Assembly (NCBI GenBank): GCA_027492205.1
Contig: JAOZFN010000007.1
Span: forward strand, 219,278 to 283,277
Reading direction: 5' to 3'
DNA: 64,000 nt
Source: Thermoproteota archaeon
GTDB lineage: Archaea > Korarchaeota > Korarchaeia > Korarchaeales > Korarchaeaceae
The translations under genes and the position numbers were made by a program. A model generated the notes under the pieces. The model was not told the origin of the DNA and did not search any database. It worked only from the letters and a program-made list of their open reading frames with translations. Below are positions 30,483 to 39,844 of this stretch, in pieces. Numbering within the stretch: the first letter of the stretch is position 1; each line of letters opens with the position of its first letter.

Positions 30483-31235
30483 CTACACCTTCTTGAGAAC
30501 GGCGATCACCCTCCCCCTCGCCGGTGGAGCGCCCACCTCAGCCTCGGGATCAAAAGACAGGTACCACGCAACCGGCTCTAGTCCGAACCTCCTTGGCAAC
30601 TCTGACAGGTCTCCCAAGGATAGCCTGCGGGACGGCGACTCGTCCACGAGCTCGAACACCCTCTCACGCTCGTTCACGACGAGCTTCAGCCTGTCCAGCA
30701 CCTGCCTCTCGGTGACGACGTCTAAGACCTCCCACACGGCCCTCACCGACAGTCCGTCCCTCTCCTCCTCCCACTCCTCCCGGTCCCCGGGCGAGGGATT
30801 CAGCGACGCGTCAACCACGTACACCCCTCCCCTCCTCAGGGCTCTCGAGACGGAGAGATAGTGGGACATCAGCGCTTCGTCGGTGAGCAGAGCGGAGATC
30901 GTGTTGACGGCCGAGAAGGCGGCATCGATTCCGGTGAGGCTGAACTCGGTCATGTCAGCCCTCACCACGTCAGCCGGCGCCCCCGACTGGCGGATCCTCC
31001 CCGCGGCGAATCTCGCCATCTCGGGGTTGATGTCGAGGCCCACGGAGTAGGGACCCCTCCTAGCGACTTCGGTCAAGAGGCGTCCGGTGCCGCACCCAAG
31101 CTCCAGCACCGTCCTAACGCCCCCCGCGTGTCTCTCAAAGACCTCCAGATAAAACTCGACCTCTAGCGTCGGATCCCAGCCAAAGGCGACGTCGTAGTAG
31201 AGGGGGTGACTGTACACCTCGCTGTGACCGCGCAC
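30483..31235 (-). CDS. Class I SAM-dependent methyltransferase (copy 2)
   Basis: Same motifs as copy 1, with identical peptide runs (LNPSPGDREEWEEERDG, FGLEPVAWYLSFDPE). Confidence 0.9.
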   Translation of the reverse strand: MRGHSEVYSHPLYYDVAFGWDPTLEVEFYLEVFERHAGGVRTVLELGCGTGRLLTEVARRGPYSVGLDINPEMARFAAGRIRQSGAPADVVRADMTEFSLTGIDAAFSAVNTISALLTDEALMSHYLSVSRALRRGGVYVVDASLNPSPGDREEWEEERDGLSVRAVWEVLDVVTERQVLDRLKLVVNERERVFELVDESPSRRLSLGDLSELPRRFGLEPVAWYLSFDPEAEVGAPPARGRVIAVLKKV

Positions 31236-31249
31236 TGGACTCCCGGGGG

Positions 31250-32476
31250 GTGGGGGCCCTCTCTCCTTTTTATGATCGGCTCGCTCGGGGCGTCGAGGGC
31301 GGTCTCTTGGCCGACAGGTGGAAGGTGCTCATCGCGGCCTTCCTCAGGGACCTGAGCTGGAGCATGACCTTCCTCTACGTGGCGTTTGAGACCTACGAGA
31401 GGGGCTCGGTCCTGGAGTACGCGCTCATCAGGGGGGTCCCCGCCCTCGCCTACTTCCTCGGGACGAGGATATATGGGTCGCTGAGCGATCAGATGGGAGC
31501 CAGGAAGCCGCTTATGCTCGCGGCCGCGGCGCTGAACCCCCTCTTCCCCCTAGCGATCGCGCTGACCGGACCGTCCGCCTGGCTGCCGATAGTGGTGGCC
31601 TGGTACTTCTTCCTCTCGGAGGAGCCCGTGATCATAGCGTTCCTAGCCGACAGGAGCCCGGGAGGCGCGGCCGCCGGCGACTACTTCATGGCCATGGAGG
31701 TGGGCTTCACGGTTGGCGTGCTGATCGGGGGATTCATGACAGAGTACTTAGGCCTTAAGACGACCCTCCTGAGCGCTTCAGCCCTGTCGAGCCTCGCCGT
31801 CATGGCGCTAGCCGCAGTTCGAGAGGGGGTAAAGCCTAGGAGGCCCGACTTTGTAGGCGCGGTCAAGTCGGCGCTGGGGATGAGGTGGCCTGGAGACACG
31901 GGAAGGATCGTGCCCTCTCTCCTACTCGCAAGCTCCGCCATCTCCACGTTCTACGTCGCCTTCTCCCTCAAGGTGTTCGAGGCCTCCGGCAGGTCGAACG
32001 CGGTCATGGGGGTATTGGTGTCCGCGGCCGGCCTCACCGGCGCTGTCATGGGGCCCATCTACGGGAGGATCGTGGATAGAATCGGTGGGAGGAGGGCCTT
32101 CACGGCCTCATGCCTCCTATACGCGCTCTACTTCGTTGTTGGAGCCGTGACGAGAGACTTCAAAGTCCTGGCCGCCCTGATGGTGATCCCCTTCTTCGCC
32201 CTCCACTACTCGGCCAGGAACGCGCTGGCGATCTCGCTAGCCCCGGGTGAGAAGGCGGCGGCCAGCTCCGTGACCTCGGCGGTGGGTTCCATATCCGAGG
32301 CGCTCGGAAATGGGTTGGGGGGCATCATAATGGGATCCCTGGGGATGAACGCGGCCATGTGGATCGCCGCCGCGCTCAGCGCGGCGGCCGCCCCCGTCCT
32401 CGAGGTGGCCTGCCTCAGGAAGTCCGGCGGCCTTGAGCGTGAGCGCAGGGGCAGCGGCGAGCGACTGAAGCTTTGA
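31250..32476 (+). CDS. MFS transporter
   Basis: GSLSDQMGARK and GRIVDRIGGRR motif A; about 12 TM segments. Confidence 0.88.
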   Translation: MGALSPFYDRLARGVEGGLLADRWKVLIAAFLRDLSWSMTFLYVAFETYERGSVLEYALIRGVPALAYFLGTRIYGSLSDQMGARKPLMLAAAALNPLFPLAIALTGPSAWLPIVVAWYFFLSEEPVIIAFLADRSPGGAAAGDYFMAMEVGFTVGVLIGGFMTEYLGLKTTLLSASALSSLAVMALAAVREGVKPRRPDFVGAVKSALGMRWPGDTGRIVPSLLLASSAISTFYVAFSLKVFEASGRSNAVMGVLVSAAGLTGAVMGPIYGRIVDRIGGRRAFTASCLLYALYFVVGAVTRDFKVLAALMVIPFFALHYSARNALAISLAPGEKAAASSVTSAVGSISEALGNGLGGIIMGSLGMNAAMWIAAALSAAAAPVLEVACLRKSGGLERERRGSGERLKL

Positions 32477-32775
32477 TAGGGGCACCTCGAAGAGACGGTT
32501 GGGGGGATCAGCAGGCCAACAGACCTCATCTCCTTAAGATCAGCGGAGTAACTCCACTTCACGCCCCTCGGCGGCTTGCCGTCGAGTCCTAAAATAGGCT
32601 CACCTGATGCTGAGGGAGGGGGCCCAAGTAAATCCCGGCCCCGCAGAAAAATGGACGCGGCTGAGAGGGTGAAGGCTGCCGAGGATCTCTGCGGTTATCG
32701 CCCCCGGTTCGGGCATCCAGAGGATCTGGTCCCGGGGGCGCCCGCCATGGTTGCGCTGTCAGGCCGCAACACGAG

Positions 32776-33204
32776 CTACTGCTTGAGGTACTCGTCCAAG
32801 AATACCACATCAACGCCGAACGGCTCTCTCTTAAGTTCCCTCTCGAGTTCCCTCTCACGCTTGGCGAAAACGGCCGCCCCTTGGATGAGTTCGGCCAGGG
32901 CTATGACATAGCAGTCTGCCAGAGAGATGGATCTCTCGCACTTGATGCCCCCAGCCCTTAAGTCTAGCGAGCAGTCTTCGGCCACCTCCACGGCCCCGCC
33001 CTCCCTGAGGGACGTCACAAGGTCGCTGGCGACGTCCCTTCCTCGGAGCCTGCACACCACATAGTAAGTCTACGACAGGACTATTCTGGGGACGTAGACC
33101 TCCCTGCGGGAGAACAGGACGCACTCCTCCACAAGGTCGGCCAAATCCTCCCCCAGCAGGTACGCCAGGAGCACGCTGGTATCAATCGAGAGCCTCTCGG
33201 GCAG
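32776..33204 (-). pseudogene. vapC: VapC PIN toxin with premature TAG
   Basis: (CTG)PERLSIDTSVLLAYL...PRIVLS*TYYVVCR...ISLADCYVIALA; TAG at 33070-72 where the conserved Glu is expected. Confidence 0.8.
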
Positions 33205-33466
33205 ATCTCCGCAGACGTCCAAGTCTCCCCACCTCTTGAGCTCTCAGTTCTGATATCAGAGCCTCCACGGCCTCTTTCTTCCCTCTCAGGATCCCCTTCA
33301 TGGATCTCAGCCTCTCTCTCGCCACCTTAACGCGCCTCCTATCCTCGAGAAGGGTCATTATAGCCTCATCAAAGCTGACCCTCCTGCCGAGCCTTGCCTG
33401 CAGCTCAGATGCAAACTTCAGAAGCTCCCTCTTGGTTTTCTCGCTGACCTGGATGGTGGTGGGCAT
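33182..33466 (-). CDS. Putative VapB-type antitoxin (ribbon-helix-helix)
   Basis: MPTTIQVSEKTKRELLK..LGRRVSFDEAI; overlaps the PIN gene. Confidence 0.8.
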   Translation of the reverse strand: MPTTIQVSEKTKRELLKFASELQARLGRRVSFDEAIMTLLEDRRRVKVARERLRSMKGILRGKKEAVEALISELRAQEVGRLGRLRRSAREALD

Positions 33467-33500
33467 CTATAGAATCTATAGATCTTACAGCTTTTATAGA
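33466..33500. promoter_or_regulatory. Tandem TCTATAGA palindromes, probable antitoxin auto-operator
   Basis: TCTATAGA at 33466-73 and 33475-82, TTTATAGA at 33493-500, abutting the antitoxin start codon. Confidence 0.6.
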
Positions 33501-33547
33501 TTGAAGCCGCGCCGGGCTCATCCCCGGCTCCGGCCAGGGGCCGCGAG

Positions 33548-34783
33548 TCACTCGCCCCCGCCCCCGCGCTCACGCTCGAGGCCGCCGAACATCAGGTAAA
33601 ACGCGGTAACGTAGATTGCGTAGATGCCGGAGGTAGCGTACAGCGGCGCGTCCAAGGAGAGGGTGTCCATGACAAACCCGCCGATCTGCTGGGCCACGGA
33701 GTTGGGCAGGTTCCAGGAGAGCTGAGAGATCGAGGCCACAGTCCCCCTCTCCGCCTCTGGGGTCAGCTCCATCACCAAGGCGCTGATCAGGGGGTTGGCC
33801 ATGTTCATGAGGACCGACCTCGGGATGTAGAGGGCGGAAGCCGCGGCGAAGCTCGGTGCGAGGGGTATCAGGGCCAAGAGGGGGATCGAAGCGGCCTGAA
33901 GCGCCGCGGCGCCCCTCACGGTGCCCAGCCTGGCCGACACCTCAGCGGCCAGGAGAAAGGCGGGAGCTGCGGCCACGTTTGTCACGGCGAACAGCGTCCC
34001 TATCGGGCCGGACTCGATTCCGAACTTCACGCTGAAGTAGTACCCCAGGAGGGGGATCGAGAGACCCGCTCCAAAGCCTATTAGGGAATAGGTGACCACC
34101 ACCGCCGAGATCAGCCTCTTTGAGGACATCCCCAACTTCATCAGGCCCCCTGAACCCCGCGCCCGTGGGCGGAACCTCTCCGAGACTAGGATGACCGGGA
34201 GGATAGAGGAGGCCTCTATGGCCACCACGAGCCACATGAACCACCTGTAGGCCTCGAAGTACCCCAGTCCCAGGGATCGCACGAGGAGCTCGGGAATCCA
34301 ACCCATCAGGTTTCCGACGGAGGTGGCCGCGCTGCTGACGAAGGCCGAGACGCTGAAACCGAGGTCCATTCCCGCGTCTTCGACACTCTCTGCAAACAGG
34401 GCGCTCCAGGCCGGTCCCCCCAGCCCCCACCCCACCCCGCCGACGGCCGCCGAGAGTATTAGCGCCCCCTCGGACACCGAGAGCGCCACCACGGCTCCCG
34501 ACAGGGCCGCAGCCGCGAAGCTGACGGCCGCGATCCACTTCCTCCTGAACCTGTCCGCCAGGAGGCCAGCGGGGAGCTTTAGAATGGTGGCCACGACGGT
34601 GCCGACCAGGGCGTAGGTGCCTATCCAAGTGCCCCCGTAGCCCGCGGACTTGAGGTAGAGCTGCCAAACCGAGAAGTAGGCCCCCTGAGTGAGTCCAGAA
34701 ACTGCGGTCGCCGTGAGCAGGAGCTTGGCGTTTCTTCCAAACTTTCCCACGCTTGACAGCGCCCTTCCGAGGCCGGGCCTCAC
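33548..34783 (-). CDS. MFS transporter
   Basis: GLLADRFRRK, R.VLMNMANP, PEAERGT; about 12 TM segments. Confidence 0.9.
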   Translation of the reverse strand: MRPGLGRALSSVGKFGRNAKLLLTATAVSGLTQGAYFSVWQLYLKSAGYGGTWIGTYALVGTVVATILKLPAGLLADRFRRKWIAAVSFAAAALSGAVVALSVSEGALILSAAVGGVGWGLGGPAWSALFAESVEDAGMDLGFSVSAFVSSAATSVGNLMGWIPELLVRSLGLGYFEAYRWFMWLVVAIEASSILPVILVSERFRPRARGSGGLMKLGMSSKRLISAVVVTYSLIGFGAGLSIPLLGYYFSVKFGIESGPIGTLFAVTNVAAAPAFLLAAEVSARLGTVRGAAALQAASIPLLALIPLAPSFAAASALYIPRSVLMNMANPLISALVMELTPEAERGTVASISQLSWNLPNSVAQQIGGFVMDTLSLDAPLYATSGIYAIYVTAFYLMFGGLERERGGGGE

Positions 34784-35062
34784 CGGACGGCGCGCGGCGG
34801 ATCTGGTATTTACTTATGACCGCGAACTTGGTAAGAAAGACGCCCGCGGGTGGAAACTTCGTCGAGGCGGAGGCGGCCCGACGCAGGCGCCAGAGACGTT
34901 CACCCCCATGCCCATCCCGTCCCGTGCCAATTCTCGTCGAAGCTCCCCCGCTGGGGGAGGGATTGGCCGACTATCCTCGCAGGGGCCGCGTCGGCGGAGC
35001 CGAGGCCCCGCCGGCGGTGGGGTTTATGGTCTCTAGGGTGAGGGGCGCAGCGGTGTGGATTC

Positions 35063-35878
35063 ATGGGCGAGCTGGTCATCGGATACGTTCAGACCCGGCC
35101 CAAGTTCGGCGAGGTGGAGGAGAACGTTAAGAGAGCCCTCGATCTGGCCTCGAAGGTCGAGGCCGACCTGCTAGTCCTCCCGGAACTCTTCAACACCGGC
35201 TACCTGTTCGAGTCGAGGGAGGAGGCCCTGAAGCTTTCCGAGCCGGTAGAAGGGCCCACCGTGAAGGCCCTGACGAGGTTCGCCGCCGAGACCTCCACTG
35301 CCCTGATAGCCGGGTTCGCAGAACTCGACTCGGGCGTCCCGTACAACTCTGCTGTGGTCGTGGACGAGACGGGCGACGTCAGGGGGGTCTACAGGAAGGT
35401 CCACCTGTTCAACGAGGAGAAGGTCTGGTTCGACCCCGGGAACCTGGGGTTCCGGGTCTTCGAGGTGGCCGGCGCCAGGGTTGGTGTTATGATCTGCTTC
35501 GACTGGTTCTTCCCCGAGTCCGCCCGCGTCCTGGCGCTCAGCGGGGCACAGATCATAGCGCACCCTGCGAACCTGGTCCTCCCCTACGCCCAGACCGCCA
35601 TGCTCGCCAGGTCCATAGAGAACAGGGTGTTCACCGTCACCGCCAACCGCGTGGGCGAGGACGTGAGGCCCAGCGGAAAGCGCATTGGATTCACCGGTCA
35701 GAGCCAGGTGACCTCGCCAAAGATGGAGGTCTTGGTCAGGGGGCCGAGGGATAGGGAGCACGTCGCGGTCGTGACCGTGGACCCAGGCGAGGCCGACAAC
35801 AAGAGGATAACCGAGAGGAACGACCTGTTCCAGGACAGGAGGCCGGAGTTCTACGGGAAGCTGGTGGAGGGTCGGTGA
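35063..35878 (+). CDS. Carbon-nitrogen hydrolase (nitrilase superfamily)
   Basis: Glu-Lys-Cys triad: LPELFNTGY, YRKVHLF, ICFDWFFPE. Confidence 0.93.
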   Translation: MGELVIGYVQTRPKFGEVEENVKRALDLASKVEADLLVLPELFNTGYLFESREEALKLSEPVEGPTVKALTRFAAETSTALIAGFAELDSGVPYNSAVVVDETGDVRGVYRKVHLFNEEKVWFDPGNLGFRVFEVAGARVGVMICFDWFFPESARVLALSGAQIIAHPANLVLPYAQTAMLARSIENRVFTVTANRVGEDVRPSGKRIGFTGQSQVTSPKMEVLVRGPRDREHVAVVTVDPGEADNKRITERNDLFQDRRPEFYGKLVEGR

Positions 35879-35910
35879 GCGCTCGCCGGCCGCGGACCCA
35901 TGGGAACGGC

Positions 35911-36858
35911 TCAAGTCAGGGCCTGGTGCCCGGCGCCTGGGGAGACGAGGTCGCACACGTCTATCAGCCGGTCTAGTACGTCTCCAAGGTAGTCGGCCGA
36001 CCTCGCGGCTGGGCCCTCATATCCGGCGAGTTCTCTCTCCAACGACCGGGCGGAGGACTGCGCCTCCACAGCGGAGGGGACATCCCTCTCGAGGAGGGCC
36101 TGGAGGCATCTCCTCACCAGGTCGGCCGCCGATCCGGCGACCCTCGCCAGCTCGGGCTCAGGCGCGCCGAAGACTCGATAGGACCTCGCGAGCAGGACCA
36201 GGCTGTCGGCGGCCGACTCGAGGAGGAGGGCGGCGACCCTGTAGTCTATCAGCTCCGCCGGGGATAGGCCCGACTTCGAGGCCAGCGAGGGATCCATGGC
36301 CGACTTCCTAACGAGCCTTACCAGCAGGAAGTAGAGCCTGTCCACCTCGTCGTCCCTCTCGGCCACGAGTTCCGCCAGATCTGCGCCTCCAGACTCCATC
36401 GCTCGGGAGAGGTCCCTGAGCATCCCGGCAACCAAGTCCCCCAGCCTGGTCATCAGCTCCCTCGGGTTGAGGAGGCTCGGGTCCAGGACGCACCTGAGGG
36501 ATATCTTGGACGCCTCCTCCCCAAGGACCTCGAGGCCGGGGAGCGCCGAGGCCGCCCTCTTGATGACCGACCTGTCTTCAGAGGGTATGAACCCCTCTGA
36601 GACCACGTCTATGACGTCGTACCCGTCCAGATATGCGGCGAACAGCTTCCTAACGGTCCCTCGAACGTCTCCGGGGGAGTGGGAAATAGTCGTCACGGCC
36701 TCCCTCGGCTCAGCCGGCACGACCGTTAGGGCCCCCGTTGGGGACTCCTCGACGACAACGAGGCTCCCCTTGCCGAGCCCCTGCCTCTTCGCCCAACCCC
36801 TCGGCAGCGTGATTGAGAGGGACCCTCCCCCCACCTCCTGGACCCTCCTGACGGGCAT
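35911..36858 (-). CDS. AbrB-PhoU family transcriptional regulator
   Basis: RRVQEVGGGSLSITLPRGWA, AAYLDGYD, ERDDEVDRLYFL. Confidence 0.92.
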   Translation of the reverse strand: MPVRRVQEVGGGSLSITLPRGWAKRQGLGKGSLVVVEESPTGALTVVPAEPREAVTTISHSPGDVRGTVRKLFAAYLDGYDVIDVVSEGFIPSEDRSVIKRAASALPGLEVLGEEASKISLRCVLDPSLLNPRELMTRLGDLVAGMLRDLSRAMESGGADLAELVAERDDEVDRLYFLLVRLVRKSAMDPSLASKSGLSPAELIDYRVAALLLESAADSLVLLARSYRVFGAPEPELARVAGSAADLVRRCLQALLERDVPSAVEAQSSARSLERELAGYEGPAARSADYLGDVLDRLIDVCDLVSPGAGHQALT

Positions 36859-36872
36859 GATCCCACCCGGAA

Positions 36873-36890
36873 TCTATATACCTCTATAGA
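36873..36890. promoter_or_regulatory. TCTATA-N6-TATAGA inverted repeat in divergent promoter
   Basis: Perfect 6-bp inverted repeat between the AbrB-PhoU gene and the ECF/PanK operon. Confidence 0.5.
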
Positions 36891-36944
36891 AGAAATACCC
36901 TTCATTAAATAGGTTAAAATTTCTGACGCTTCCTGGCGCGGACG

Positions 36945-37556
36945 GTGGGGGGCGTGGGAAGGGGGAGGTTCGGCACCTTCGAGGCCGTCGTAACCGGGAT
37001 AGGCGCCGCCCTATACGCTGGGGTGGGTTACCTCACGTGGCTCGGCGTCCTCGGGCTCAACTTCATGGGGGTCAGGTTCTGGCCCGCCGTGGTGATACCG
37101 TCGACCCTCGCGACCCTCTTCGGGCCCTGGGTGGGCGGGGCCTCGGCGGCCATAGGCATCTTCCTGTCGGACATGGCATCCCACGGGATGGCGCTCCTCA
37201 GCCTGACGGTCGGAGTGCCGGCCAACTTCCTCGCCTTCTACATCATAGGCGCGCTCACCGACAGAGAGTCGAGCGTGAAGAGGCTCGTGCTGGCCAACAC
37301 CCTCGGCCTCGCGGTGGGGTCCATCTGGATAGGGTTGGGCCTCACCATCTGGAGCCGGTTCTTCCTCCTACCGTTCCACTCCGAGATGACTCCCCTCAGC
37401 CTAGCGGCGGGGGCGAGCGTGGCCGCCTGGACCTTCGTCACCGAGGCCCCCTTCCTGTACCTGGTGGTTCCTCCTCTGGTCAGGGCGGTTGGGAGGGCAA
37501 TGGGGAAGAGGGCAAGGGCCGACGCGCAGGACTTGGCACGGATCTCGGCGGGGTGA
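36945..37556 (+). CDS. ECF transporter S component (QueT/PanT-like)
   Basis: AALYA, VRFWPAVVIP...LFGPWVGG..AAIG.FLSD; about 6 TM segments. Confidence 0.8.
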   Translation: MGGVGRGRFGTFEAVVTGIGAALYAGVGYLTWLGVLGLNFMGVRFWPAVVIPSTLATLFGPWVGGASAAIGIFLSDMASHGMALLSLTVGVPANFLAFYIIGALTDRESSVKRLVLANTLGLAVGSIWIGLGLTIWSRFFLLPFHSEMTPLSLAAGASVAAWTFVTEAPFLYLVVPPLVRAVGRAMGKRARADAQDLARISAG

Positions 37557-37557
37557 G

Positions 37558-38424
37558 GTGAACGACTTGCTCATAGCGGGCCTCGATGTGGGTGGGACGG
37601 CCACCAAGGCCGTCCTGGTCACCGAGAGTGAGATCAAGGGCTTCGCCGACGTCTCCGCCTCGGACTCGGTCTCATCGGCAATGGGGGCGCTGGGCAAGCT
37701 GATCCTCGAGTCAGGTGTAGGGGTGGATGAGCTGGCCAGCATCGCCCTCACCGGCGGAGGCGCAAACAGGCTCCCCAACAGGCTGCTCGGGGTCAGGGCC
37801 GAGAAGATCGATGAGATAGAGGCGATCGGCGTGGGTGGATGCTACCTCTCAGGGAGGGACAGGGCCGCGGTAGTGAGCATAGGAACGGGAACCGCGGTCG
37901 TGGGCGCCTGGGGAGAGGGAGCGTGCATGCGCGTCGAGCACCTCGGCGGAACCGCCGTGGGAGGCGGCACTCTGGCCGGACTTGGGAGGCTCATCCTGGG
38001 GAAGAGCAGCGTCGACAGCGTGCTGGAGATGGCGAGGGAGGGGGACCTCACCCGCGTAGACCTAACAGTAGGCGACATAGTCGGCAGGGGGGTTGGAATG
38101 CTCCCACCCGACGCCACGGCGTCCAACTTCGGTAAGGTCGGGGACTGGACTAGGCCGGTCGACGTGGCCGCCGGGATCGTCAACCTCGTCGGACAGGTCG
38201 TCGGGACGGTGGCGGTCCTCGCGGCCAGGGCCGCCGGGCTGGAGGACAGCATCGTGCTCGTCGGTAGACTTGCCGAGGAGGAGCTGGTCGCAAAGACTGT
38301 GATCCACACCGTGGAGCTGTTTGGGGGGCGCGCGGTAGTCCCTGAGAACGCAACCTACGCCACGGCGATAGGGGCTGCGAGGAGGTTGCTAGCCCGCGTG
38401 ACGTTCCCATCGGGCCGTGGGTAG
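37558..38424 (+). CDS. Type II (Fumble family) pantothenate kinase
   Basis: [62 protein letters not shown]. Confidence 0.85.
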   Translation: MNDLLIAGLDVGGTATKAVLVTESEIKGFADVSASDSVSSAMGALGKLILESGVGVDELASIALTGGGANRLPNRLLGVRAEKIDEIEAIGVGGCYLSGRDRAAVVSIGTGTAVVGAWGEGACMRVEHLGGTAVGGGTLAGLGRLILGKSSVDSVLEMAREGDLTRVDLTVGDIVGRGVGMLPPDATASNFGKVGDWTRPVDVAAGIVNLVGQVVGTVAVLAARAAGLEDSIVLVGRLAEEELVAKTVIHTVELFGGRAVVPENATYATAIGAARRLLARVTFPSGRG

Positions 38425-38465
38425 CCGCCAGATTTTTGCGAAAGAGGGGTGCGGGAGGGGGCGGG

Positions 38466-39230
38466 TTGGAGTTCAGAGAATACCCCCCGACCCCCGTAGT
38501 CGGCGTCGGGGGAGTTCTGCTCAGGGAAGAGAAGGTCCTGCTGGTGAGGAGAAAGAGGGAGCCGGGAGCCGGCCTGTGGTCCATACCGGGCGGGCACGTG
38601 AGACTAGGGGAGACCCTGAAGGAGGCCTGCGTGAGGGAGATGCTGGAGGAGACCGGTCTGGAGGTCGAGCCCGTCAGGCCAATCTACGCCTTCGACTACA
38701 TAGAGAGGGACGGCGAGGGGAACGTGAGGTACCACTACGTCGTAGTGGACTTCCTGTGCAGGCAGGTCGGAGGATCCCTCAAGCCTGGGGGCGACGCGAA
38801 GGAGGTCAGGTGGGTCCCCCTGGACCACGCGCTCAGGCTCAGGCTGACGTCTTCGACCAGGAAGCTCTTGGAGGAGCTCAAGAGGCCGCTCACGATTGTC
38901 GTTAGGAACAGGGACGTGGAGAGGGTGCTCTTTGGGGTCCCCGCGGGGCACAGGCACGCCAGGACGCTGTTCATCCTCCGGGACGGCTCCAAGCTCGTGT
39001 TCCATGAGGCCACGATGGAGAACGTGGCGCGGGCGGTGGTGAGCGTGGAGATGCACCCGAGCAGGAGGGCAATCGCCCTGAGGCGGGTGGAACTCCCACG
39101 AGACGTTAGAAAGCCGGACTACGACTCAAACCAGCTCTTGGAGGAGGACCTGGACGAGGAGGAGATCGTGGCGGAGATTACCAGGGAACTCGGAATAAAC
39201 ACCGCAGAGGGGGAGGTCCGGGGGAAGTAG
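38466..39230 (+). CDS. Nudix hydrolase fused to an uncharacterised C-terminal domain
   Basis: Nudix box [24 protein letters not shown]; extra about 115 aa with [15 protein letters not shown] motifs. Confidence 0.85.
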   Translation: MEFREYPPTPVVGVGGVLLREEKVLLVRRKREPGAGLWSIPGGHVRLGETLKEACVREMLEETGLEVEPVRPIYAFDYIERDGEGNVRYHYVVVDFLCRQVGGSLKPGGDAKEVRWVPLDHALRLRLTSSTRKLLEELKRPLTIVVRNRDVERVLFGVPAGHRHARTLFILRDGSKLVFHEATMENVARAVVSVEMHPSRRAIALRRVELPRDVRKPDYDSNQLLEEDLDEEEIVAEITRELGINTAEGEVRGK

Positions 39231-39844
39231 CCCCGACCGACCGCTGGGAAGCTGAGCCGCTCACCCAGGTTATCGATCGGCGGTCGGCTCACCCGCCGGA
39301 CGGGAAATCCGTTGATCTCCAGGGCCTTCAGGGCGTTTTCTGGTCTAGTAGTCGAGATGAGGATCTCCTCAACCTCCCCTACCGGTGTTCGCGTGGGCTC
39401 AACCAACCTGAGCCTGATGGCGGGCCCGCCCCTCATCACGAAGGTCAGGGTCCTGCCAAACGGCCTCGTGAAGAACATGGATACCCTGAGCGCGCTCACC
39501 CTCACAACCCGGGCGGCCTCGACGGCGCCGGCCGGTATCCTGAGCTCTCCCCCGGCGTACGACACCCTGACGACCCCCCCAGAGATCCTGAGCGTCATGA
39601 CCCCGTACCTGTTGAGAAGAAAGAGGACGCTCGCCTGGAGGAAGAAGTAGAAGAAGAGCATGGGGATCAGCGCGTCCCTCACGCCCAGGGAGATGGCTGC
39701 GTACGCGGCCGACAGCAGGAGCGCGATCGGGGGTCCATTGAGGGCCAGCGCGACCCATCGGCTGATGGAGATCCTCTCGACGTGCTCGCGAGATTCTTCA
39801 GGGGGTCCCACAGGGGCTCTCACCAAAAACCAGCTCCGCCGCAC
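39119..39844 (-). CDS. Hypothetical membrane protein (two TM segments plus PH-like domain)
   Basis: Two TM segments then beta-rich region ending ILISTTRPE; 3' end overlaps the Nudix gene. Confidence 0.55.
   Translation of the reverse strand: MRRSWFLVRAPVGPPEESREHVERISISRWVALALNGPPIALLLSAAYAAISLGVRDALIPMLFFYFFLQASVLFLLNRYGVMTLRISGGVVRVSYAGGELRIPAGAVEAARVVRVSALRVSMFFTRPFGRTLTFVMRGGPAIRLRLVEPTRTPVGEVEEILISTTRPENALKALEINGFPVRRVSRPPIDNLGERLSFPAVGRGYFPRTSPSAVFIPSSLVISATISSSSRSSSKSWFES

Noticed and set aside
15745-33072. Several in-frame TAG codons as pyrrolysine or stop-codon reassignment
   Set aside because: Two occur alongside TAA stops or frameshifts in decaying genes, the third replaces a catalytic Glu, and TAG terminates normal genes here (e.g. 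DUF106, pheS)
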